A DNA stretch of 62,683 nucleotides, the filler included, from Collodictyon triciliatum (taxonomy: Eukaryota), in the NCBI GenBank assembly GCA_043381765.1. It is 8 parts of 8 records of this genome, joined end to end, with 100 filler letters (N's around TTAATTAATTAA, not from the genome) between each part and the next. Parts side by side here need not be neighbours in the genome. Positions count along the whole stretch, not along the records: positions 47,107 to 54,844 come from JBHJMP010003768.1; positions 54,945 to 62,683 come from JBHJMP010003769.1; 6 more parts are not named here. One strand, 5' to 3'. How positions within the stretch are numbered: the first letter of the stretch is position 1; every line of letters starts with the position of its first letter. The notes under the pieces are model-generated. The model made no database searches. It saw only the letters and a program-made list of their open reading frames with translations, and had not been told where the DNA came from. Shown here piece after piece: positions 47,007 through 60,457 of this stretch. The translations under genes and the position numbers were made by a program.

Positions 47007-48789
47007 NNNNNNNNNNNNNNNNNNNNNNNNNNNNNNNNNNNNNNNNNNNNTTAATTAATTAANNNNNNNNNNNNNNNNNNNNNNNNNNNNNNNNNNNNNN
47101 NNNNNNAAACTAGGAGCCGTCCATCCAACCACCCCTCCCCCCCTACCCCTCGGTAGTAGCAGCAGATCGAACAGTTCCCTTTCCCTTAGTTTTTTTGTCT
47201 CGAGTCCTTTACCATGACCTTCGCAGGATTCAGAGAGTGAGATAAATTTAGTGAAAATCAGATACAAAAGATGATTTCTATATATTTTTGTTTCACATGG
47301 AATGATTCAAAACATGACTAAACAAAGGCTATAAGAATCAAAACTCAAAAAAATCATATATCATTGTTGCTTAGTAACTAATATTTTGATATTAAATCAT
47401 CAGTTTTCTCTCATTAGCTGATTTGTTCTTATAAACCCAAGTATGACTATCGTTATTCATTCATACGTTACTTCCGATTCATCATTTAACAAACTCATTG
47501 GAAATCAAGGTATATGAAACATATATTTCGAGATTATTATGATACTGATTTATAAACACCTCTTTTGCTTCAATATTTTTCGATTGAATCAAATTTTAAA
47601 AAAAATTAAAAATGTAATGTATTGAGCTATTCTGATACTAGCCGCATTAGTGATGGAACACGAAACAGACATAAATTTATAAATCTTTTATCTTAATCAC
47701 GTAAAAATAAATGATGTAAAATAAAAGCATTTGTTATATATAATCTTTCATTTCTGGCAACGTAATAAACCGTAAGCTGCGAAACATAATAAGCAAGCAA
47801 CTTCGTCTACTTTCGGCCAAATTAAGTATTCAAAGGCCTTCAACTGGTTCCTGCATGGTATAAACGAATGATTATCTTTCTCGTTAATGTGGGCATAATC
47901 ATGAATAGAATCATTTTATAAATCAATATTATGTTATTCTGAATGAAAGCAATTCGGTTGCGCTGTGGCTACAGGTGTTAACGGTTATTAGAATTGGATA
48001 AGAATACACTGAAGGGATAATCAAAGTCGACAGAATTCATATAGTCCCTGTATCAATCGATTTCCATGTGTGATATAATGAAAAAAATACATATTCATTA
48101 TAAAAAACCTCTTTCACTTTCGTTTACTTCAGTATCCCATCAAGAGGCATAAATGCAGTCATTCCTATATGAATAAAAATACAAAAAAATAAGACATCGG
48201 AATGATAAATGAAGAATGATGCTGCCTCCAAATAGTATTTAGTAGACCTTATGTTGAAAATATCGACCTATATATGACGACATAATCGCAGTGCCTATTC
48301 GTTTCCATATAAAAATTACAAACGCTCAAAAATTGAATTAATGATATTCCAAAATGTATCACGTCTGAAATTATCACTTTGTAATTAGAAATACTTGAAT
48401 TTACTAACCTGTGTAGGCTCGCCAAAACAATTCAATCGTCTCATTTTTTTCATCAAAAATTCGCAGAGCAGAAAACCATAGCCTATGATCGGATAAATGT
48501 CTTTATTTTATAAAAATAATTATAGATAAATAAGTGATTGGTAACATAAGGCACCGAATTCACTAGTCTCTCCAAAAAAATGTGTGCTGTATAAAAATAA
48601 GGGGAAATAAACCTGGTATTTATCGGATGAGTTTATTTTTCTCACACGGCAGAATATCACTTCATATAATAGTTCAGTACATGATTATAAGGGTTAGAGA
48701 CTATAAAAGAGCAGAATCTTTGCTACTAATGTGATAGGACTCCCCATTTACACAATTGATTATTTTACCATCTTCACATTCTTCATTAA

Positions 48790-49026
48790 TCGGGCCCTGT
48801 GGGAAGAGATTTGTGTAAAGAAACCTAGAAAGTGATTTAACCTCCTCTTACCTCTCATGCACCACAAGACCCAGGCTACAGGCCAAAGCGCGATATGCTA
48901 ATCCTGATTACCGACTTCTTCTCTGTCACTCAGGTTCCGATGGAAGCATCCATGCAAACGAGAGCTAGCGAATCAAAGCCAAAATACCTAATCTTGCACA
49001 AATCAAATTGGAAATGTAAAAAAAAG
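48790..49026 (+). mobile_element. LINE family A 3' fragment, more diverged copy
   Basis: CTCTCATGCACCACAAGACCCAGGCTACAGGCCAAA...CCTGATTACCGACTTCTTCTC...GCTAGCGAATCAAAGCCAA...TGCACAAA plus A-run matches the reverse complement of 54250-54490. Confidence 0.8.
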
Positions 49027-51639
49027 TTGAGAAATCATCTCTAAATTGAAAAAAAAAGTTCGCATAATAAGAATATCAGCATGGAGTGTTTAATCAAATC
49101 ATGTCTGGTTCTCTTGTCGCAAATTTATTTCTAACCGAGTCCTGAATCATGATATAAATCGACCTATGTGCTTTGAATAAAAAGTATTTAAAAATGAATA
49201 AAGGAGGATAGTTTGATTACGTTTGCGTCATTATTGAAATTTTTGTATCTAACAAACTTCATAGTTATATGCCTATTCGGCATCGCTGATTTTTCTGGCT
49301 TCATCATTCCATATTTTTTTAATTTTTAAAGCACCCATGACTCACTAAAATCATATATAATTGTAAATAAAAAAAAAACCTGTATATAGGCCGCAGTTTC
49401 CATAAACATTACATCCACAATATCGGCCATGTCGATAAATTTTTGGTTAAATGGATAACTCTTCGCGTATAGAAACACACCCATCTCTCAATACGTACGG
49501 TAGGCAACTAATATTCTCATAAATAACATAGTCAGCAAGCGATAAATTGCAAAGATAGTCATATATCTCATCACTCATTTATGTCGAATGTAAGGCATAT
49601 ATGACATTATATTTTGAAAATTGCGTCTTTTTGCTCCATTCGTGTGTCCCATTCGGCATATGACGTCACAGCTATTGAAAAGACCTTAGTGGTTTGCTAT
49701 GGATGGGACATTAGACCTTGTGTTTTCATCCAGAGGGAAGAATGTACGACCACAAACTGACACTGAAAAAAAACAGTAATTTATAATTAATCGATGAAAA
49801 AGACAGACTATCAAAAATACTACATTATTAATATAATAACGAGTATGAAACAATTTCATATTTTTTAAACCACATTTCATAACTTGGTTTCGTCTGGCCA
49901 TCGTCCGATGCTTTGGGTGGTAGTGGATAGCTGTGAGTGAATTGTAATTTAATTATTTTGAATTTAATACGGCATCGAATAGAAATCAAGTTTGATGGTA
50001 GATGTAAGGTATGCATGATTTGCTGTAAATATTTATGGATAATTCAAAAGGATGTGCTCTCTATGTTGATAAAATTTAGTCGAAACATGAATATCTATTG
50101 AATAGTTTTCTTAACATCGTCTTTTTTTTTAAAAAAAAAAATTCTTCAGGTTATGCTCTACATATCTGTGTCATCTTTACTGCACAAATGTTCACAAAGT
50201 ACGTAATATGTCTTGAGCTTTAAATGTCAACTATGAAAACCTACAGTGATTATTGTACATACAGTCGAAAAAATCATACGTCCTTTTCGATTATCCAACC
50301 AGTATATAGAAGAGAAGGTCTATAAATATTGGTAACGATGTATTAGCCAAGCATTTAAATATTATAATTGATTCAGCGCTTGTGAGATGGTTAAATATTG
50401 AATGCAAAACGATAGAGCGAAGCATTTCATAAAAATAAGACGTGCTGCATGAATAGAACATAGATTATACAAATGATATGATATGCAGTATGATGATTCG
50501 CGATACATAAATGGAAGGGCAGATATTCTCAAGAGCTATCAAGTTACAATGAGAACACATGCTTGATTTTAGATTATCTAATCGGTGTTTAGATATCGGA
50601 TTCAGTTAAATAGTGACATAAATCCAATTATATCTTGAATTAATATATTATAAGGTGTGAGATACGCACAACCTGCCAGCCATGTATATATTGGCATCCG
50701 AATAGAGATTCTCGCCAACTATGTATCGATAACGCGGCTAAAAAATCAGAATGTTCATAATTTTTGGATATTCATAAGGATAGGTAAAATATCGTATTAT
50801 TCGAGCGCAAAATAAAGAGATTTAATTAATAAAACAAAAAAAATTAGAAGTAGATTTACATATTGAAATAATTTAGTGAATGATGTTAAATTTGAGTCTT
50901 TGTCGTTATATCGTGAGCCTATTTAGCATGCATTCATTTATGTATTAAAACCTCTTATTTGACTCAAATGCATAAGTTCCATACTGAGTAGCCATAGTAT
51001 TAACATATTTTGCATACTTTCATCATGAGCTTTTCATGTTGATAGAGCCCTGCTTTCTTAATTGATGTCCATGCCTTTCCTTGCAAGAATCGAAACATCG
51101 ACACAACCCCAGAATGCACCCAAACTGGTCCCTTTTTCAGCATTTCTGTTATTGCTTCATCCATATGTTAATCTTTTAAATAGAGTAAAAATTTATGAAG
51201 TAAATAGGAATCACGCGTATGAATCATCGTATTCTTAGGCTTATATTTTTAACTTAAAAATACGGTGTATGTTGTCGAAATGCAAAGGGTGCTGCAGCTA
51301 CAATATATCTTATGTTATGTTTGCCTTCGATGTCCTGCACAGAAAAGTTAATAGCCGCTTTGTGACGTCGAATACTCCACATTCTGACGGTTCCATGACA
51401 CCCGCGTATAGATTTTTGTTAAACCTACATAAATAAAGAATTTTTTCATCAAACTGCTTGAAAAGTATAAAAAAATTTATCCAAAGCCACCCGTCTAGTT
51501 GTGTGAGTTGAAGAGAAAAAAATGTAGTCTCAATATAATTTTGCACTTGTTTATTTTTTGGATGCCAGTAGAAAAAAAGTCCAAAATTGTTAAAAAAAAA
51601 AAAAAGTGATTTCTTTCACACATACAGACTATTATACGA

Positions 51640-52560
51640 GTGACGAATTCCAACGCGATTTTTGATTCTGTTCGAGGTGACGGAATTGCAGAAGTACGGG
51701 CTTGTCTGGCGTTGGCGGTGTTGGGCTCCATTGCGAAGATTCTGAAGAGGAGCCGAGATTTCCTTTCGTGTCATCGTCGCTTTCGCTGTATGCGCGTATC
51801 TTCTGTGAGTCTTGCGGGCTCAGATGTTGCCTGGCCTTGGCTTCCTTGACGCCGTTGCTGCTTGTTTGCTTGGCAGGTGTATTCTTTTGCGGGGTTTTTA
51901 CTCGTTAGTTCTTAAAAGCTGGCGGATACTCTATGAGGATGCGATTTGGACACTTTTTGCCCATGACCGTAAACTTTGCAGGGAGCTGGTTCTTGTGACA
52001 AAGAAGCTTCACCACTGCCGTGTCTGAGAGTAGGCCTTTGTCCTTTTTGATATCCACGTGGGTCGGTCTGAACGACTTCAGCTCCTCACGAAGGAGTTGC
52101 GGCCACACGTCCAGCGGTAGTTGGTAGAGCATCACCGAGGTCTCTGTTGGTTTACTTCTGCTGAAGCTGATTATAACATCGTTTCAAACTTACCTGCTTC
52201 AGGTCCAGAAGCTTTCGGGCGTTTTCTGCAGTGCGGAACGCAATCAGGCAAAGGCCTTCGCTGTCCGGTAAGCGCAGTTGGATGAACTCTTCCCAAAGTT
52301 TGTTCGCTTTCAAGAGGAGGCGAGCGCATCTGTGAGTCTGCGGGCCTTGTTCTTGTTGTAAGTGACTTTCTCGACCCCATGCAAAAATACTGTCCGCTCA
52401 GACAGACTTGCAGGCGGCTTCCTTGCACGGGTCTTCCTGGACTTACGTGCAACTCGGGGGTTTTCCGCGCCAGTGTTGGAACCAGAAGAACTGGCTGCAA
52501 CTTGCGAAGCTTTGGAACCAAGAACTGGCTGCACCTTGCGAAGCTTTCGATGAGTCGCGG
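51640..52560 (-). pseudogene. Stop-interrupted ORF resembling a non-LTR retrotransposon ORF1 (RRM-like) remnant
   Basis: GC-richer island with one reading frame broken by several stops: basic N-terminus, RTVFLHGV, SVMLYQLPLDVWPQLLREELKSF, then a Ser/Pro-rich tail. No intron pattern. Family assignment is inference. Confidence 0.45.
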
Positions 52561-54249
52561 CTTGTCTTTTTATTGGGATAGGAACGGCGGATTTGTGATA
52601 AATAGGATGATTTAGAAAGCAAGAGACACGGAAAAACGACATGGAAGGCAGATGGGAAAAATAGGATGGAATGCAAATATATGGTAATCGATGTGGATTG
52701 ATGATAGTGTATGCAGATTGATGAGGACAGAGTAGAAATGATTAGAAACTGTCAGAATTATGCTAATAAATTCAAATAGATGTGAACTGGTAGGAAATAG
52801 CACGCATACATCTGAGCGATAGCGTGCAAGACAATTAACAGAATATGAATAGAAAATTAAAATTGTAGGAGATAAGTTAATAGTATGACATCACATAATT
52901 AATATGAGATGCTGATTTTTTAAGTTAGTTTTGTTGCATCAAGAATGTTTATTTTTTTGTGTTCAAAGATATAAAGTAGATTCTATTAACTCGGATCGAA
53001 GGGATGTTAATTACAACGACACTGATATATTTTTAGTGAATAATTTGCCTCAAGAACTGTAATGGTAATGAATTTGTAGAATTTTATATGTCAAAAGAAA
53101 TACTAGACCGGTGTGATTTGTTGGTTTTATATTATTTTTCATAGACCAATTTTATGCACAATTGTTATAATTCAAAAAAAAATCTGGCCGTGGATAAAGT
53201 TGGGGTCTGAGTTATTGGTTGTTGTAGCTTTGCATTTGATGATAATATTATTGTTACCTACTGATTTCATAGGAGGGAATCCTAAATTCAGTTCCTGTTC
53301 CAACCTGACATGTAGCCAAATCCGACTCGTGTCACTCCCACATAGAGAAAGCACAACTGTATTGTTGGATTGTGGAAGGAAAGGTAATTTACCAAAGTAA
53401 AACCCATCATATTGCACAAATTGGAAGAATTTAATTAAAAAAGAAAAGGTAATTCAAAGCCAACTTCGTTAGAACGAAATAAAGTACGAATTGCTTATGC
53501 ACATGGTATTTATTAAGATATATCGAACGTTTGGGCGGTGTAGGTCCGCTAAATATAAGGATGTGCTTACGTTAAATTACAAAAACAAAAAAAAAGGTAT
53601 AATGTCATGTAATTTTTATGATCAATACATTTAACAAATGCATTTATAATCATTACCATTATTATTGATTTGATTTACGTGTATCAACAACACTACTATT
53701 AATGCTTGAATGTTTTGATAAACTCTCTTATAAAGAACGCGCTTGGGCTGTCCCATTAGTTTGGCTATTGAAGACCGAGATTACGCTTGCAGTGTGCAGT
53801 GGCTTATTGATATCTCAAAATCCAATTTTGTATCATTTGTGAATGACGAATTAAATAGAATCGAATAGTTGAATAAATCATGTGTCTCATTATTATTTTT
53901 TGTGACGATATGGATATAATACATAAAGCAGTGTATTTATGATTTGTGAAATATATTTATTTGTGAAATTCATGTTTAGCATTTGATTATGTTAAAAAAA
54001 TCCACTATGATGAAATTGAAAATCTAATTTTTATGCCAGAAGAACAATTTATATTGCTTTATCTACTACATACTGACCTTAGTGATTGATGGCTTGCAGG
54101 AAATGATAAAGGCAAATTTTACTAGAAAGAAAATGTTCATAAAGTCTTGTTTATTGAACTTGTGTTATATTTGATATATTTGTTGACTTTTTAAAGGTTA
54201 AAATTCGATTATCTGGTAAATAAAATTTTTGAAGCATTGGAACGTAGAG

Positions 54250-54844
54250 TTTTTTTTTATTCTTCCTTTCAATTTTGTGCAGGATAGTGGGGATGTTGGC
54301 TTTGGTTCGCTAGCCATCGTTTGCATAGAAGCTACTTGGTGGCCAGGTGGCGGAGAAGTAGTCGGTAATCAGGAATTGCATCCTGCAGTTTGGCCTGTAG
54401 CCTGGGTCTTGTGCTTGCATGAGAGATACAAGGCGAGGTTGAATATCCTTCTCAGCCTCTTTCCACATGTCTCTTCTCACGGGGTCGGAGTAGTAAAGAA
54501 CATGCAGGTGGCGAAGGAAGCTGTTGAGGAAAGAGATTTGTATGATGTCATTCAGCCTGTTATCAGGAATGGATGGCTGGTTGTTGAAGCTTGCTTTGCA
54601 TGAGTATATGTGCGCTATCCACATAGTCCATAGCAAATGGCCTTGCGTCACCGCCCAGAATGTTTTTGCATCTGGACGCAGCTGTTGCAGAAGCCAAATA
54701 TCGCCTGGATTGGGCCAACAGCTGCAGCCGTCTTGAATGTCAGTCGAAGAATCTCGCCGGCTGTTTCGCGCAGGTTTTGAGCGAAGGGACATTGCACAAA
54801 TGTGTGCTCAATGGATTCATCACCGTTGCTGCAAAGTGTGCATT
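54250..54844 (-). mobile_element. Non-LTR retrotransposon (L1/Tx1-like) ORF2 3' end, family A; runs off the scaffold end
   Basis: CTLCSNGDESIEHTFVQCPFA is the CCHC zinc knuckle (zf-RVT type) that follows RT in L1-clade ORF2. One frameshift follows; the element ends in a short poly(A). Confidence 0.88.
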
Positions 54845-54944
54845 NNNNNNNNNNNNNNNNNNNNNNNNNNNNNNNNNNNNNNNNNNNNTTAATTAATTAA
54901 NNNNNNNNNNNNNNNNNNNNNNNNNNNNNNNNNNNNNNNNNNNN

Positions 54945-55016
<72 letters not shown>

Positions 55017-55106
55017 AAAAAAAACAAAAAAAAACAAAAAACAAAAACAAAAACAAAAACAAAAAACTCAACAAAACAAAACAAAAGATAGTATAATTTT
55101 ATATAC

Positions 55107-58100
55107 CCCACAGGCCGGATGTGCAAAATTGCATTTTGAATCCATCACCATCTGCGTCGTTATAAATGAGATTTGGGTTTGTTTTACTCGTTCCATGGAA
55201 CAGACGTCGTTCTTCAGCCTTTTTACCCAAAAGCGAAGATATTGACATTTTGTTGAAAGAAAATCTCCTCCATATAACCTTGTTCTGTACTCGGTGGATG
55301 CGAATAATTGTCTTCCCTGTGATAGTTCCATTAAACAGTCCACTAACAGAGTTCCATTCTTTTGAACCTTGAAGAACTTCAAACAGTTGACAGTTGCCCT
55401 GCTGAGAGGGTTCCCAGTATTTCGGGTACTGCACCAGTTGTGAAGTATTGACCTCAAGAATTCTGAAGACGTAATCTGTAAGGTCAATTTTTGCTTGCAT
55501 GGCCTTACCTTTTGAGCCAATTATTTGTATCTTGCATGTGATTGGTGCCTCTGGGTCAAGAATTGGAGGATGTTGCACCGTAATTGTGATCTGGTAGCGG
55601 CTTTCCAGGGTTTTCATGAACAGTACAAGGTCCTCATCAATGCAGGAAATTAAAAGCTCGAATTCAGTAGTCTCGACGCATTCTCTTATTCCTCTCATTA
55701 TTTTTTCGACAGCCTTCTCAATATAGTCAGGTAAGTGACTGATTCTAATGAAGTAAGTTATTTCTGACACTTCAGAGCCAACTACCTCTTCTTCAGGGTC
55801 GTATTTCTTATAGTTTGACATGTGTTCTCCAGCTGATTGAGATGTCTGTGCCTGTGGTATTGTCGGTGGAATGAACTTTTCCTTTTTCATTTTCCTCAGA
55901 AATTTGGAAGCGTAGTTTCTCTGCTCAGTACTATTGAAATCTATCTCATAGAATTTTGACTTCTTTGAATCTGAGACACCAACATATACGACCACCTTTT
56001 CTTTTAGTTCCATTTTACTGTAGGTGTCCAGTGCACTGTTTGAATATTCATCATACGGTACAAATTTCCCTTCATCTCCCATCCAATACCATTGATATTC
56101 TGGATATTGCTTGCTCACGGTCTCTGGATTGGGGGGCCTTAACCACGCGTCAATGGGTGTTGTCTCATAGTCTTTATCTATCCTCTTGCAAAGATTATCG
56201 ATTACTCCCCAATCAGCATCCACAAATCGGATGAGGTCAAATGGTGGTTGTGGTTCTGATAAAACGAATCGGTTCAATGACTCAATAAAGGCCTTCAGTA
56301 TTATATCGCAAGAATTCATGAACGATTTTCCACAAAGAGCTGGGATGGCGAGCTTTCTTATTCCATGTGTTCGAGCTTCTACAAAGACTTTTCGGAAAGT
56401 CTCTTGAAGTAAGTCGGTCGCAATTTGTTCTGTGGCTCCCACAGGCAAAACTGGTGCGACTGAGCATATCAAATACTTGTTCGAGTTTTCTGCAGTTCTA
56501 AACGCCTTGGCATCTGTGAAACGTAAGGGCCCCGAGGTTTTGGCATAATCCATACATTTTTTCATGAAAGGGACACCGAATGTAAGAGCGACATCCTGAG
56601 CAACATCTCCTGTAAGTATCAGACCCTCATTCGAAGCAGAGACAACCGCGTCCAGATCATCTCTTGCAATATTCCCGTGCCTCACCTGAAGTACAAATCC
56701 GTTGTCGAAGTTCACTTGTCGTAAAAGTCCACCAATCTGGCTGTTTTCTGCCTTGGCTGCCTCTTTCTCTAATATATACGTGTCAATGTCACTCATCGCC
56801 TTGCGCAATTTAGCAAATCCTGCAGTCCTCAGACACCCAAGTTCATGGAGCTCCAATTTGACGGTTCTTGTTACCATTATTCCTTCAATTCTCTTGACCT
56901 CATCGGATATTTTGGATATTGTTCTCTTGACACCAGCCAGATTACCCTTGATGATAATCTTGACAGTCTCTGGGATTGATTTGCTTGGGTCATCCTTTAA
57001 TATTATCATACGACATCCCGGCTCACATAGCTTTCTTAACGATTCTTTGGTAGGCTCATGGAAGTATATCAGCCGGCAAAGTGCATATCCTCTGGCAACA
57101 AGGGTTTCTTCTGCGTACTTTTTTTCTTCGCTAGGATTGATGACTTTTTGAATCTTATCTTTCACTTCATCCAATATACTGTCATCCAGTACAAATGTGA
57201 AAAGAGTATATTCCTTCCGGTCCTCTGGTTCATTTTCCTGACCTTGCTTAGCTTCCATCTTCCACAAGGCGAAGGGATGAATTAGCTTCATTACCTCTGT
57301 CTTTCGGAGTGCATCAACGGAAAAAAATAATTTTTTTGTTTTCTTTCCAACTATAATTTTTTCTAATACAGTAGGCTTTAATGTTTTAACGAATGCAATG
57401 AGCTCATCTAAATTATCGTCATATCCAATTGCTGTGAGGCCAAACTCTTTCATTTTTCCGGTGTGGCCACTGAAGTTGGGCATTCTACAGAGACAGGGAT
57501 ACATTTGAAGATACTTTTGTAGTATCAGAAAATGGTTGATATCCCAACCAGCTCCAATTTTTGTTGTTTCACTCTTAATTCTTTCGAGAAGGTAGTCCTC
57601 ATCAGAAATCCAGCTGCCTTCCTTGTCCGCTGGTATGAGTATGTCCAGTTTGATTCTCTTTCCACTTTCTCTTGTGAAAACATAACCAGCGGAGTGAGTG
57701 TTACATAGTTCTTTTAAGTCCCTGACTCCCTTTTCGCAGAGGAAACTCAGTTTGTTTTGGGTGGAAGATGAGTTATCTTTCCCGCTCGGAATGATTCGTC
57801 GACTGACCGCACAGGCTAATTCAATTTTCAACTTACCCTCTGATTTTTCATGTGTAACTTCATTGCCTAAATCTTGGAATTTGAGTGAAAAGTAATAGTC
57901 TGATGGCTTACATCTAATTTCATCAAAACCGAGCTCACTCGATAGGGATTTGATTTGTTCTGAGACTTGCTGCATTTGTCTAGACGGACAAGTTATATCA
58001 ATAGTAAACTCAGTCACCCCTGGTGAAGACCTTCTATTTAGCTTGAAGGAAAATAGCGTTTTCTTTCGCATCGCATCGAGCTGGGTTCTAATAACCTTGT

Positions 58101-59277
58101 CATGGTCTTGTGTAGTTGAACTCAAAGGAAGCATTATGGTCAGCTTTTTGGTCTCCACAGTCTTGAGGAGGTCGATGAACAACTTAACGCTTGAATTTTT
58201 TCCTCCGATGGTGTATTCGCTTGTTGCTTGGTTGTATTGGATGTAAATGTTAAATTTCTTTTGAATTGAAGCCTTATTTGCTCCGGTCCAATCGACCCAG
58301 ATTGGATTTCCTAGGGTTGATAATACCTCCTTATATAATCCTCCTGTTCTCTTTTCTTTACTAATAAGGTCTTTGGCTTTTTTCAATGACTCGGCACTGA
58401 AGCCTATGAGCTTTCCTTCGTCATGGTCAACCATAAAGCTCGTGCGTATCTGTCTTTTCAATTTATCCGATACGTTTGCTGGATAATCTTCTGTGCATGC
58501 AAAGAGCGATTTGTATTCATGGCTGCCAGCAAACGTGAAGAATTTACCAAAAGAACCAGAGAACTTCAGTATCACAGGTGTTTTCTGGACTTCAATCTGT
58601 ATGTGATACTTTTCCTGAATAACTCTGGCTGATTCTTCAACCTTTTGGGCGAATATATCCTCGAGGAACGATGTTACACCAAAGTGGATTGGAAGGCGGC
58701 TAATTGTAACCACATTTATTGATACGTAACCGATTATTATGCGCTCTTCATGAACAAGAACAAAAGGATGCGATGAATTGTGGGCACAGAATAGTTTTTC
58801 AATCGATTTAACATCGAGTCTCAGGGTGAAAAAATCAAAAGATTGAAAATTCCGTAAATATTTTGCAATCTCAAAGCTAGGTGTTATTCTAAAAAAGCCT
58901 AATATTGCCTGAATTGTTGAATCCCATGGATTACAGCTTCTTTCTCGAACAACAATGGCAACCTCTAAAGTGGGCTCATCTTGATAGATTTCATCCTGTA
59001 GGGGAAAAATTTTTAATCTCTGATCTTTAATCGTCACAAAGATGAAGCCTAATTTGATTGGATTCGAAGACTTTAAAGTCCAATATTCTTCATGTAAATC
59101 AGCCATGGAATCATATATGACATATATCGGAGCTATGCAGTCGACTGGTATGGTTGTGACACCTGAACATCTCAAAAAGCACTTCATTACATCCTCTTTC
59201 GAAAATTTTGCAAATTCATTTGTATTGGCGAAGTAAAGCATCAACTTGTAGCCTCTTCGCCTTTCATTAGGAGCCAT
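55107..59277 (-). CDS. Large PARP14-like ADP-ribosyltransferase: probable KH-like repeats, macrodomain, WWE, start of PARP catalytic domain; 3' exon(s) missing
   Basis: 1392-aa ORF. Macro: VRHGNIARDDLDAVVSASN...LAIPAL. WWE: YQWYWMGDEGKFVPYD...YEIDFNSTEQRNYASKFLRKMKK. ART: YPKYW...IIRIHRVQNKVIWRRF...ERRLFHGT...GF...GLWG, then a GT donor at 55106. Confidence 0.88.
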
Positions 59278-60408
59278 TGCCGTTTCAGGAGGTGGATTAG
59301 TCTGTGATATATAATAATTATATATACATATTTTGTTCCTTAGAGGAGTAAAATAAACTTGAGCTTAAATATTATTGGGCAAATAAAACAATGTGTTTAT
59401 CTTTTTTCTTTTTTCATGCTCTGTGGAAGAAATGTATTGAGGGGAGAACGTCAGGAAAAAGGTAGTAAATATGGTATGTAATAATATAATTGCGAAAGAG
59501 GTTCTAGGATTTCGTACTATCATAGTCTCTGCCAGCTCGTCGTGATGGTTCTAATATGTAATGTTTGCCAATGAAACTGTATATTCTCTCAAATTTTGTT
59601 GTAAATTAGATATGTTTTATAGAAACACAGGTCACATATTTCATTTCGTGTGCAAAAAAATAAATAAATCATATTTCAATTTATTTGAATTACTTTTTTA
59701 GGGGATAAAGAATATGAAGTTCTTTGTTTCGGTTCGGTAGCGAAGGAATCGCCACCTGCAGGGTGGATGATGGCCGATGGTTTCTTTTTAAAATCGGTAA
59801 AATTAAAAAAAGTACAGCGTTTTTACTCTTCCTTGTTATAGTCAACCAAATAATGCATCGAGACATGGGTCCAATAACAGGAAATGTATTGTTACTTGTT
59901 TTCCTTTTCTGCCTTTTTTTTCAGGCGTCACAGATTTTGATTTTTGATCGTGATTTTTCGGATTTGTCTGGGATGCTGTATCAGCAGGCGTGTCAGGGAA
60001 ATCCCTTGTATTGGTTCTTCGTCCCTATGTTCATTTACCATATGATAAAATTACGTCGGGCTTATGATTCATGCCTTGGTATACATTTGAAAAGTGTGTT
60101 GAATCGCTGAACTTGATTTTAAATCAAATGTTGAGTAATGAAATATGCAAATACACACACTTTTTTATGTTGTATGCTTAACATGGCGGTGAAAGAATTA
60201 GAGTTTACGAGGATGTGAGAAGCATTTTGAGTCGTGCCAAGATTTTCTGCGTTTGGCGTGTGGGTGGGCAGCGGAAGTATGGATATTGGTCGCCGCGGTA
60301 GCTATTTATTTGTTTATTTATTTGTTCTTTTTGGTTCTAGGTTACATGTCTAATAAAAGTATATCATGTGTGCTCTCATATAAAGAGTGCATAGACGATG
60401 GTAGCTGG

Positions 60409-60457
<49 letters not shown>

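Noticed and set aside
7813-54900. TTAATTAATTAA recurring every ~7.85 kb, resembling a periodic element
   Set aside because: Always centred in 44+44 Ns; an artificial scaffold joiner.
44413-59277. Possible functional cluster of ribA, LINE and PARP, or any cross-block gene neighbourhood
   Set aside because: They lie on different scaffolds separated by artificial spacers.
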